Origin: Selaginella moellendorffii
Lineage: Eukaryota > Plantae > Lycopodiophyta
Direction: 5' to 3'
Assembly (NCBI RefSeq): GCF_000143415.4
Contig: NW_003314264.1
Span: 2,117,710-2,181,709, forward strand
Length of the DNA: 64,000 nt
Part shown: positions 37,701-50,190 of the stretch, piece by piece
Layout: the number at the start of each line of letters is the position of its first letter
Numbering within the stretch: the first letter of the stretch is position 1
Notes under the pieces: generated by a model
What the model was told of the DNA's origin: nothing
The model's database searches: none
Seen by the model: the letters and a program-made list of their open reading frames with translations, nothing else
Translations under genes and position numbers: made by a program

Positions 37701-40371
37701 AGTCCGCCGCAGTTGTACTCGACAATGCATTTGCCCTTCGAGTTGGAAGCAGGTGACCCACCTGCTATTGCGTTGAAGACCCAGCTGAGCATTTCCCATG
37801 CTGCACCTGGAGCTTTCTTTGGATTCGAAAGCTCCATAGCCGTCTTCAGTTCCTTAGGCACGGGTAAATTGACCTCCCTCAGATCAATTCGATCGGCCTT
37901 GTCGAATGAAGCTGGGAAGTCACTCTAGTCCCACTCTGTTGCAGGACCAATAACAAGGGCGAGTGTGAAGATGCGGACATTCGTCGGTATCTTCTTCTTA
38001 GCCATTATCCCATGGATCTCCTGCATCTCCTTGCCTTTCAACCGAGCCTTCACCTCGTTCAAGGCCTTCCAGAACTTGTGATAGGATTCGGAGTTGTAGA
38101 TCATATAGTGGACTGAAGATTCCACCTCCACAAGTCCCACCATTAAGTCAATGATGGAGCTGACTTCGTCTGCATGAGTGATCTCCTAGTTTGTGAAGTC
38201 CATCATACAAAAGATGTTCTTGACCTGCTCATCTCCGTGGGAAACGATGCTCCTCCACCTTTGATCCTCATCCGAATTCACGTATACCCGGTAAGGTTCT
38301 CGATAGGCCTCTGCTGCGGGGTCGAACTGTTTCTGAAGCCGACGGTCGACATCCCTCTTAATGAAATTTGGATACTGATCCAACTTCTCAGCTTTACTTT
38401 TCGTGGCATCCCGTAGCAGATTGATGAACTTGGGGGCCCCCTTCACGTACTCGTCGATGTCTTCATTTGACAAATCCAGCGCTTCCATCATCTCTTGCGT
38501 GGTGTCGATGCTCACCCTCTCCACGGCCACTTGCTCGAAGATCCAATCCTTCAATAGCGCACGAGCTCTCAGAGTCGTGCACAAGTCCTCGTATGTCACA
38601 ATATGGCCGGGAGTCATTTTGGTCTTGTTGAAGACTACCTCACCACGTAAAAGAGCATTAGCCACTATCAGAAGGTCGTCGTCGTCTAGAGACCGCGAGA
38701 AACGCAAGGCATTGAGCTTCAAATCATTGGGCTTCCGGCCGTCCTCCACACCCATTGAGTTTAGTAACTCCCCGTCATGGTACCTCCTCAGCACATCTAC
38801 CCATTTGTCAAAAACAACTTTTGTCGCGAGTAGAATGTTATGGATGCTGAGTGTGTCATTGACCCCCAGTGTTTTCGAGAGAAGACCCGAGAATTCCTGC
38901 AATGGAAATGGCGTGAGGCCACATGCTATGCCACATGCAACGAGGCTTATCTGCCAGGCGCTAGTTGCTAGTGCACGTCCTTGTCCTGGTTTTTGTGGCT
39001 TCTTCAGTTGAACCTAGAGCTTCCGTGTTCGTGCCAATGTCTCGTGCAGACCCGATTTGTAGCACGTTTCTTGCTTGACATTCTGTGCGTGGGAGATGTA
39101 TATGATAGATCGGAGGGGCGAGTTGCCTTTTATCAAGCGGACAACTCTTGTCTTGAAGACTTTCTTCACCTCCTCGCCCACCATAATATCCACAACTATC
39201 TCTTGCATCGCCAAGCTAGAATGCTGCCCGGAGACGGCATAGAACCGGATGTTCTGATCGTCCAACACCTTCCTATTGATCAAGTCTGGAAACCTCGTCT
39301 CGCCCTTCATTGTTCGGTAGTAGGGGATCACGTCTGCGATGTCGGGTGTTACTGGACTTGCCAGCATCTTCTGCTTCAGTTTCTCCACCCACTCATCAGA
39401 TACTAGCCTGTGGTTGTATTTGCTTTGGATGTCGATACGGCTCACGTTGATTGTATATACTTTGTTGGAATAGTAACAAGTACTATTATCTGCGACGATT
39501 TTTGCTGCCTCTTCTTGCTCTTTCTGCTCTTTGCGGCTCTTCTTTTTGGTGGGTGTAGTGTTCGAACCCGAGGCAATGGCATCACCGAGTAGCTTCTTTT
39601 TTGGAGCAGGAGAGTCAGACGTCGGCTTGAGCTTGACCACCCTTTTCTGCTTCGGGGTAGTTTCCAGATCGACCCCCTTCCCCTTCGCTTCGTGAACTGG
39701 AGGCACTCTCAATGGCTCAATGTTGGAATATAGTTTTTGAACATCGCCGTAGGTGAGGTCCGTGGATTCCATGTGATCTTCATAGACCCGCAGCATCTTT
39801 GAAATTGTGGGCCTCCTGGACATTCTCTCCCTAGCTCCCTCTAGGAATTCCTCATAGCCACTGCCCCCCTTCGGGAAGCCGCTAGGATGTGCAAGGTGGA
39901 TCTTGAAGGCGGACGTTGTCTCTACCACAAGTGCTAGTCCATATTCTTGCATGGAACTGCATGGAGTGTCTGTCACTTGGATGAGGATCCCCATGCATTC
40001 TTTTCTCCCACCATCTATGTTGTACAGCCTCAGATCCTCGCCTTCCATCCCGAAAGTCCAACTGGTGAGCTCCTCCCCCTTCTCTGCATCCACATTGACA
40101 GTGGCTGGAAGAAGAATGCAATTCCTCGCCTGTTCAGAAATGCACAACAATTAGAGCTGACAGATGAAAAGATAGCAGCTGGAAATAACGTGAGGCCACA
40201 CGCCATTCACCACTGCATCAGATGTCTTGAGGCTGCATCCTAAGATGGCGTGAGGCTACACGCCATCTATAACCGGACTGCACTCGAGAGCCTAATCGGT
40301 GCATGCCAATGTTGCTACTGAATGGCATGTGGCCTCATGCCATTTTCTACTTGGCCTAAAAGACTTACCAT
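34757..40371 (-). pseudogene. Cargo gene (ParB-like/MTase-like/HAD), copy 2, with multiple premature stops
   Basis: Collinear with 15701-21323; stops at about 35042, 36736, 37925, 38186 and 39014; one splice donor mutated at about 38950. Confidence 0.8.
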
Positions 40372-43300
40372 TTGAAGCCAAATGGAGGTGTGACAATCGA
40401 GGCCGGACTCGCTGGCGAATGTGCACTGTGTGTGCAGCGGATCGTAGCAGCAAGGCTACACTGCCACTTATAGTTGGAGAGTGGCGCTGAAATCTCTCGG
40501 GACGCCAAGTGGGCTGTGTGTGGGTGGCGGAGTGGGCGGCGGAGTTGGTGGCGAAGTTACAAACTGGGTGTGTCTTGAAGTTGACGCCGATGCACACGAG
40601 TGTGATGCGAGCGCGAGTGTGATGCAAGCGCGAGTGGACGCCGATGCACACGAGAAACCTATAGAGAAGGTAGATGAGCGCGAATGTGAGCGTGATCACG
40701 AGTGGGAGCGCGATGCGAGCGCGAGTACGAAGCAAAATGCAAAACCTAACCTCACATGCGCGAAATATCACGACGGTTGGTAATCCCGCCACATCATCAT
40801 TCCTCGGACTTGGGCGCCACCATTAATTTCTGGATCGCCGCGCGCATGCATGCACGTGAAATCCAAAAGAAATCCGCAACATCATCATTCCTCGGACTGC
40901 ATGCACGCGAAATCCAAAAGAAAGATCATGATTGGGATATCATTTAATACCCTCGCTATATTTATACCATGCATGATTGGATATTCCAAAGCATCTTGTA
41001 TTTCCAAAAATGCCAGATGTTCAGCTAAATAAAGAATGGTATACAATGTCCTTCTTGATGACCCTGCAAAGAAGCATCTCGATCGGACACCACATGAGAC
41101 CACACGAGCCTTACAATGTTTCAGGGGCATTTGCCATAGATCCGACCGTTATTTTGCTCCAAGATTCTACAGTTTGGTGTGCATTGACCTTTCCATCGAC
41201 ACTGCAAAGGGACATCACAATCAAATGCGGGATCACAAGAAACCAACTTCACTAACTCTGGTTTCACCAAGATCTACGTAAGGAGTTATGAAATGAAAGG
41301 ACCCTCTCTATTAAAATGTGTTTATGGTCCTGACATATCAAAGGATTTTGCATCAAGTTCTGTATTTGCATGTTTATCAAGCTATTAAATTGCTAAACCC
41401 TAAACCCTAAACATGTGGCAAATGCTGCGTGAAGAAAGATGCCCTTTCTGGGCAAATGCTGTAAGAGGCAGATGCCGAGCAGTTACACGGCGAATAATCT
41501 TGGCGCGGATCGCTGACATGGCATGGCAAAGTTTGAATCACTGAGATGGCACAGCTGGATCGAGGCAAGGACATGATGTGACAAAGTTCAACGTCCGACA
41601 GCAAAGTCTAGAAGCTACTCAGTTTGAAATTTGTTAGAGGAATTATAAGATCTGGTTTGTCAGAGGATTTGATGTGACGTTCAAGCGTGTGGGCTTATGC
41701 AATTTTGATCCCAAAAAATGCACTAAAAAATGCTCGGCGTCATCTGGCGTTATCTCTTGAATGGCGTGGGGCCGCATGCCATTTTCAGGGGCACATAGGA
41801 GTATATTCCTAAAATATTCTGACACGCACGAGATTTTTTTGAGTTTTCTGGAGATCCAACCGTTAAATCGCAACTAGATTTTACAGAATGGTATACAATG
41901 TCTTTCTTGATGACCCTGCAAAGAAGCATCTCGATCGGACACCACATGAAACCACACGAACCTTACAATGTTTCAGGGGCATTTGCCATAGATCCAACTG
42001 TTATTTTGCTCCAAGATTTTACAGTTTGGTGTGCATTGACCTTTCCATCAACAATGCAAAGGGACATCACAATCAGATGTGGGATCACAAAAAACTAACT
42101 TCACTAACTCTAGTTTCACCAAGATCTACATAAAGAGTTATGAAATGAAAGGACCTTGTCTATTGAAATGTGTTTATGGTTCTAGGGGCATTGTGACATA
42201 TCAAAGCATTTTGCATCAAGTTCTGTATTTGCATGTTTATCAAGCTACTGAATTGCTAAACCCTAAACCCTAAACCCTAAATATGTGGCAAATGCTGCGT
42301 GAAGAAAGATGCCCTTTTTGGGCAAATGCTGTAAGAGGCAGATGCCGAGCAAATGTATCTCAAGCTAGCGAAGGGGACAAACGAAAGCTAGCTATAAACA
42401 TGACGGGATGCAAATAGATTACTAGGCTGGTTCTGCGAAAATCAAAAACCATAATTGAAAACATTGAAAATGCAAAAAGAAAGGTTTATAATATTTTTGA
42501 ATTTTAAGCAACCAAAGGAATGTAAGTAGGGTATGTGTTTGTAAGTTTAAAAATGCCTCAACCACTTAAATTCCCAAGTAAATAAAGTTGTTTCTATTTT
42601 TGGTACAGGTAAACTTTATAGCGTGTGGGCTCATGCAATTTTGAACCCAAAAATGCACCAAAAAATGCTCGACTAGCATTATTCTTTGAATGGCATGTGG
42701 CCTTATATTGCCATAAATGGACGTACACACAAAGCATAATTATTCCTTTACACGGCGAATAATCTTGGTGCGGATTGCTGACACGGCATGGCAAAGTTCG
42801 AATCACTGACATGGCATAGCTGGATCGAGGCAAGGACATGATGTGACAAAGTTCAACCTCCGACAGCAAAGTCTAGAAGCTACTCAGTTTGAAATTTGTC
42901 AGAGGAATCATAAGATCTGGTTTGTCAAAGGATTTGATGTGACGTTCAAGCGTGTGTTATTTTTGAATTCTCGAACTCATTCCTAGGTCTATCATTTTTG
43001 TGCGCCGTGTTCTTGGTTCCGTTGAGCGCAGTGAGCGCTGCTTATGCAAGTGGAGTTGTGAGCTGTGGTTTATGCGTCTACAAGCGGTTGCGGCATTGCG
43101 AGCGCCATTGCGAGCGGCAGTTTATGTGAGTGGCAGTTTGTGCGAGCGGCGCTACGAGCAGTTGCGGTGTTGCGAGCGGCGCTACGAGTAGTTGCGGTGT
43201 TGCGAGCGGCACTGTCTTTGGTGTGGCTACCGCTTCCTCTTGATATTCGGCATTTGTGCTTCCTGGTATGTTCACCATGGAATGGCTTAGGACCACATTT

Positions 43301-45036
43301 AGAAATGGCATGAGGCCACATGCCATCTTGGGCCCTTGCAATTTCATGGCTAGCGTATTGTTATGTATGTTTTTACTTGCCTGCAGCTATGTGTATATCA
43401 AGATTGCATGAGGGCTCATGCCAATTTTGTGAATGCGAAATTTCACGTGGGTGTCAATAGCATGTTTGAATAATGGCATGTGGCCTCATGTTATTGAGGT
43501 TGTTTGGTATGTTATGATTTAGGCCATTCTCCAATCATTTTTTGTATGGTTTTAACTTCTTTTCTGCATTTTCAGAATGGCCTTCAGGGTTGGGGAAAAG
43601 GTTTACATTTTGAATGGTGGGAAGAGAGTTGCAAAAGGGACCCTTGTGTCTATGGATCGGAACTTTATTATACACTGTCAAAGGCTTGGGGAAGGCAATG
43701 CTGCTGTATCAGTAGAGACTATCTTCGATGGGAATGTGGTCGCTATTGAACGAGGAGAGATGGTCGTCGGGGTAAATGTTGTTGTTGCCTTGAAAAATTT
43801 TCAGAAGAAAGCAGATGTTGGGGACAGCGCTGTAAGGAACCGACTCCCCGAGATGTCGTAGGCTAAAGGATCCCCAAAAGCTTGACCGAAATGACAAAGA
43901 GTTTATCGGATGGGACCAAGTCGAGGATCGAGTCCAAGACCGACTCTAGGACCGAGTTCGAGATAGAGTCCGGAATCGAGTCCGAGACCGACTCGGGGAC
44001 TGAGTTCGAGTCCGAGTTCGAGACCGAGTTCGAGACGGAGTCCGAGATCCGAAATCGGGTCCAAGACCGAGTCCGAGGTCGAGTCCGAGGTCGGGTCCGA
44101 GATCGGGTCCGAGATCGAGTCCGTGATCGAGTCCGAACCCGAATCCGAAGTCGGATCCGAAATCGGGTCCGAGATCGAGCCAGAGACTAAGTCCAAATAC
44201 TAATACGGGTCAAGGGGTGAAAGCCCAAAGCGTGCGTCTCCCAGGGGGGGGGGGCTGCAGGGGGTTCCAAAAGTATAGTAGGGATAGTGAGATCCAGGAA
44301 CCAGTTTAGAAGGGACTCTCCAGTTGGGCTTCCAAACCGACTTGAGGTTGGGACTGGGACCGAGGGGCCTTGGGTGGGAGTGAGCATAGACTTGGCTGGT
44401 GCCGGAGGGGCCATCCAAGGAAGTGCTCAAGAGCAGCTCCCACTCCCGAAAGGGAAACCGACTGCGGTGCTCCCGGCTCAGATGGAGTGGTGCCCCACTT
44501 GAGTACCTTGTGGCTCATTGGTCCTCGCCCTTCCGGGGGCTTGGGCCTTCCCTTCGGGATGGAAGTGGGGGGTAGAGGTACCCATACCGGGCCGTTAGGC
44601 CACGGTGTTTCGCCCCGACGTCCCGAAGCAAGTGCTGCACCCAAGGCTTGGGATTTAGAGGGTCCCATGATCAAGCCTTGTGGTACCTTGGGGTGTTAGG
44701 AATCTGGAGGCTTGGTGTGCTTGGCTGCTTGTGCTTGCGGGGAGTGTAGCCGAACCTTAAGTCCAGTTTAACCCGGGGAGGGGGATTGGGAGAGATTTGG
44801 GAATCCGTAGATGGATGGCTAACACTCCGTTGCTCGTGCAGTAAGTAGCTGAAACCAAGTAGGAGCTGGCACCATAGGCGAGAACCTTGGCGAGGGAACT
44901 TAGCACAAGCCAAGGCAGAGTTGGTCGGATAGGCGAGGTAAGCTGGCAAATTGGAAAGGAAAAATTTGTGGCTTACAATTTGGTATCGGAGCCTTTATCT
45001 CAGTTCTAGCGAAGGATAGAGGCGGATTGCTGGGAG

Positions 45037-48000
45037 ATGGCAAGGGCAGGGCGTAAGCGAACCCAGGCGGAGACGGAACCTCCGCCGGAGCTGGAGCCTT
45101 CGATTGAACAAGAGGCTATGGATGAGGAATCCTTGCATGAGGAGGACTCTAGTGAGGAAACTTCCAAACAGGAGTCCGGTGGCGAGGTTCGGTCATCCAA
45201 GGCTCGATTGGACGTGCTAGAAGGACAGTTGGCACAGACCAATGCCCTGCTGGAGACTCTCGTACGCAAGTTAAAGCGTGACGAGAAGCAGAAGAAAAAG
45301 CGAAAGACTGCGGATGAAGGCAGCGCAGAAGGTGCGGACCCTTCGGCAGGGACTGAGGCAAAACCAGACAAGGTCGAACAGACCGAAGTGGAATCAGTCC
45401 CTTAGGCAGTTCCCAAGTACAAACCAAAGCCCCCACCGGTGTTCAAGGGAGTGAACGACTATAAGGTTGTGGAGGATTGGTTTTATGATATGGAGGACTA
45501 CTTCCGAGCATTACGGTTACCGAGCTCGGAGAAGGTCCCATGTGCAAAACCATACTTGGCAGATAATGCCAAGTCTTGGTGGAGAACAACGGAGGCCAAC
45601 GAAGGACCGGTGGCCACCTAGGACATGATGAAGGCGAGGATCCGTGCGACATACGTTCCTCCGAATGCCACTCTGCATCTGAGAGATGAGCTGAGTAGGC
45701 TGAAGCAGACTGGAACCATTCAGGAATATGTGAATGGGTTCATGGCAAAGAGGATACTTGTCACGGACATGGGGGATATGGATGCGTTCCATGCCTTTAT
45801 ATCAGGTTTGCAAACCTGGGCTCGCGGTGAGGTGATGCGCTGGAACCCGACCAACTACAAGGAAGCGTTGGATGCGGCCATCAAGGTGCATTTCAACGAT
45901 AACCTGCGAAAGGGGAACACGACGGGGTCGGGATCCACGTTTCACAAAGGGGCCAAACCGAAGGGAACATATAGCAGGGGGAAATTCAAGAAGAGTTTCT
46001 CTAAGAATGAGTCCTCGGGATTCCGGAAAGGCAAATCCGGTGGCCAGCGAGCAAGTACGTGGGGGAGTCAAGCGAAAAGAGACAAACCCACGGATAAAAA
46101 GGTCAAGTCATATAGCAGCGTGGGAAACAACGTATGCTACAACTGCGGTGAAGCGGGACACTTTTCGAGGGAATGTCCCTACCCGAAGAAGGCCAGAGCC
46201 AATATGGCCATCAAGTCGGGTGAAGTCCAAAATGAGGTATGTGATCCAGTCCCTAACTCAAAGTTACTCATTACACGAGCAACTTTGGTAGAGAGTCGTT
46301 CGCGACATCTACTAGCCCTCCGAGGGAAGCTCGGAGGTAGCTTTGTTAAGATCCTTATTGACACGGGTGCTTCGGATAATTTTGTGGCTGCAGACATAGT
46401 CCGGCAAGCCGGACTAATGGTGCAGCGGCTAGGCGAACCAAGGACTATAGAGTTTGTTCAAGGTAGCCAAAGCACTGATGAGGTACTTCGACAAGCGAAA
46501 GTCGAAGTAGGGACATGGAAGGTAGACATGGATTTCACCGTGTTGGACATGGCGGGATTTGACGTGATCTTCGGAATGGATTGGTTCAATCGGTTCGTGG
46601 TAGCCCTACATGGACAAGGTAGGAACCTTGTGGTACTGGCGAATGCCAAAGGAAGAAGATCTAGGGTGGAAGCCCAGGATCTAAAGGTAGGGCAAAGCAA
46701 GGCCAAAGAATCCTGCTTAAACCTGGTGTCCACGAGAGGACAACTCACTAAAGGAACTAAGGCAGCCTTTTTGTGCTTACTCTCGGTGAAGAGTGACAAA
46801 AAGACAAGAACGGAAGAAGTGCCTTTAGTGATCCAGCGAGTGTTGGACCAATTCCAGGATACCATGCCGGAGGAGCTACCGGCGGGGTTGCCCCCCGCAC
46901 GACCGATAGAACATAAGATTGAGTTGGTCGAGGGCGCTGAGGCGGTGGTTCGTCCACCCTATCGTTTGAACGAAAAGGAACTCAAGGAGCTCAAGTGCCA
47001 ACTAGAGGAGTTGGTGGACAAAGGGTATGTTAGGTTGAGCAAGTTGCCGTATGGGGCGCCGGTATTATTTGTGAAAAAGAAAGATGGATCTATGCGCATG
47101 TGCATAGACTACCACTTGCTCAACAAGTATACCAAAAAGAACAAGTACCCTTTGCCAAGGATTGAGGACCTGTTCGATAGGTTGGGAAAGGCAAAATACT
47201 TCTCGAGGATTGACCTAAGGTCAGGATACTATCAGATCAGGGTAGCTGAGGAAGATGTCGAGAAGACAACCTGTCGAACAAGGTATGGGAGCTTTGAGTT
47301 TCTAGTGATGCCCTTTGGGCTGTGCAATGCGCCGGCAACGTTTTCGGCGTTGATGAACCACATCTTTGTACCCTATCTGGATCACTTCGTGGTCGTCTAT
47401 ATTGACGACATCCTGATCTATAGCGAGACGCTAAAGGAGCATGCCGAACACTTGGCGAAGGTGTTTGAGAAACTAAGGGAACACAAACTGTATGCTAAAG
47501 AGAGCAAATGTGACTTTGCTCAACAAGAGGTAAAGTTTCTCGGGCATGTGGTGGGCCAGGACGGGCTCAAGGTGGACCCGGAGAAGGTCCAAGCGATCCA
47601 GGAATGGGAGCGACCATCGAATGTACATGAGTTGAGGGCGTTCCTGGGGCTATGCAACTACTATCGAAAGTTTATCAGACACTATTCGAGAGTAGCCCTG
47701 CCCTTAACGGACCAAACAGGAAAAGGGAAGATGGTATGGACAGCAGAATGCGAGGCGGCATTCGTCCACCTCAAAGGGAAGTTGAGGAAGGCTCCCGTAT
47801 TGGCATTGCCAGACTTTGGTAAGGACTTTGAGGTAGAAACGGATGCTTCGGACTTTGCGTTGGGTGCAGTTCTGAAGCAAGACAACCATCCGGTAGCGTT
47901 CTTCTCGAAGAAGCTGGACAAGGCTCAACAGAAGTGGCCTGCCCATGAGAAGGAATTGTTTGCGGTGGTCAAGGCACTCAAGGAGTGGCGACACTACCTT

Positions 48001-49808
48001 GGGAGACACTTCAAGGTTTACACGGACAATGTGGCAACGAAACACTTCTTGTCACAGCCCGACCTAAGAGGGAAACAAGGTCGGTGGGCCAATGCCTTGG
48101 CCGAGTTTGATTGCGAAATTCTGTACAAGCCTGGGAAGAGCAACATCGTGGCGGATGCGCTAAGTCGAAAAGCGAGCTTGAAGTTGGCAATATCCAGCGC
48201 AACAGCAACCTTCTGGGACGATGTGCGGACAGCATATGAGAATGATGGTCTAGCACAGGAAGTGTTGCTGAGGAATCTAGAGGCGCGGGAAGCTCACCAG
48301 AGAGGTGAGCTGCCAACGGAAGAGAAAACGGGCTATGCGGAACGCAACGGACTCATTTATTACAAGCAAACGAGGGTGTATATTCCAGAAGGGGAACTAA
48401 GGAAGGTGGCCTTAGAAGAGTGTCATGACGGACCTCTTGCGGGACACGGTGGAGTGCCCAAGACGATGGGCTTACTCAAAAGGAAGTACCATTGGCCAGA
48501 TATGGCTAAGGACGTCCAAGACTATGTAAAGACATGTCCAACATGTCAGCAGGTAAAAGCCGTGACCAAGGCTAGTGGGGGCTTGTTGCAAAGCATCCCA
48601 ATTCCAGATCGCCCGTGGAAATGTCTTACGATGGACTTCATCACGGGACTCCCCCCAAGTGAGGGGTTTGATGCGATATTCGTGGTGGTGGACCGATTTT
48701 CGAAAATGGCACACTTCATACCCACCACAACAGAGGTGGATGCGGAAGGTGTGGCGAAGCTGTTCTTCGAACAAGTGGTTCGAGTGCGGGGAAGACCGGA
48801 AGAGATCATCTCAGATCGAGATAAGATCTTCACCAGTAGGTTCTGGAGGACTCTCCTGGAACAGTATCGCACCAAGTTGAAATTCAGCACAGCCTATCAC
48901 CCACAGACAGGTATGGGGTATGGAGTCAAGTTGTTGGCACTAACACTTCTTGACAGACGGACAAACGGAAAGGGTGAATAGGCAACTGGAGGATTATTTG
49001 CGATGCTATGTCTCGGGAGACCAGACCGATTGGGTAAGTCATTTGGGACTTGCGGAAATGTGTTATAACAACTCACCACATTCGAGTATCGGGGTGAGTC
49101 CATGGGAAGTCATCAATGGGCGAGCTATTGAAGGTCCTGTGGAACTCGGCGTGGCCGAGTATCATGGAGAGTTACCCGCAGTGGAGGCATTCACGGCGGA
49201 AAGACTCAACATTTGGAATCTAGTGAGGGATTCCTTGGAACGGGCTCAACAAAGGCAAACCAAGTACGCAAACCTAAAGCGCCGAGATGTAGAGTTCCAA
49301 GCTGGGGAGAAGGTGTGGCTGAACACCAAGAACCTCAGGCTACCAAGTGGGATCAGCCGAAAGTTGACCCAAAGGTAAAAATGCATGTATTCCTGTAAAT
49401 GAATTGATCTTGAGTTCCTTAAGCAGGTTCGCGGGGCCTTACGAGATTGAGGCACGAATCGGTAAAGTGGCTTACCGACTCCGACTTCCTCGAGAGATGG
49501 GGAAGATGCACCCAGTGTTCCATGTGAACTTACTCAAGCCGTACTTTGAGGATCCGCTTCGCAAGGACCAAGTAAGACCTTTACCTGAGGTTATCCAAGG
49601 GGAAGAGGAATACGAAGTCGAGGCCATCCTCAATGCGCGCAAGAGCAAGCGACAAGGACGCGAGGTGAGAGAGTTCCATGTGAAGTGGAAAGGATTTCCA
49701 CATTGCGAAGCAACATGGGAACCGGAGGAGAACCTAGCGAACGCGCGAGATCTAGTGGAGGAATTTCTGCAAGGCAGAACTCTATGTACTTATGCAAAAT
49801 TCAATTAA
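45037..49808 (+). CDS. Gag-Pol of the chromovirus (gag with CCHC knuckle, PR, RT, RNase H, IN, chromodomain); two TAG stops in gag; two introns in IN (48911-48956, 49375-49426)
   Basis: [48 protein letters not shown], spliced PQT|DGQTER and KLTQ|RFAGPY, chromodomain YEVEAIL...VKWKGF...TWEPEENL; stops at 45403 and 45619. Confidence 0.85.
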
Positions 49809-49903
49809 AAATATCAATTTGCAAAGTTGAGCAAGTGGCATATGTTGGGACCCGAAGGCGCGCCAAAGGTAAGCTAATTAGCATGGGTTGGATAGGTCGA
49901 CCA

Positions 49904-50190
49904 GGCGTAGGGCACTACGCCCGACTCCCCGCGGGGATGTCGAATCCGTAGACGTATTCTACGGAGGTTGGGTTCGAGTCCCAACCCCCTAGTAAAGCAA
50001 GGCTGGGTTCAAGTCCCGACCCCATACTAGGGCGTGGTGAGGTGAGGAGTATAGGGACACCTATATTCCGTTGTCATGGGCTCTTGGCCGGGGAGGCTAA
50101 CTTAGGCACACCGCTAAGTGGGGGGATGCCCCCGGAGACATGGTCAACAAGTCATAGGATAAAACGAGACGTTCGATGTGGGCATCGAAC
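49904..50190 (+). other. Conserved multi-hairpin RNA element in the retroelement 3' non-coding region (twin GGTTCRAGTCC T-loop/B-box motifs)
   Basis: Consecutive hairpins; homologs with compensatory changes at 58107-58330 (+) and about 10500-10710 (-). Confidence 0.6.

Noticed and set aside
49774-49895. Further introns after the chromodomain (possible GC-AG at 49774-49826 and a short GT-AG at 49869-49895)
   Set aside because: AT-rich and suggestive, but no conserved protein motif validates the junctions.
49966-50020. tRNA gene
   Set aside because: Only T-arm-like hairpins; no D-arm/A-box, anticodon arm or acceptor stem found.
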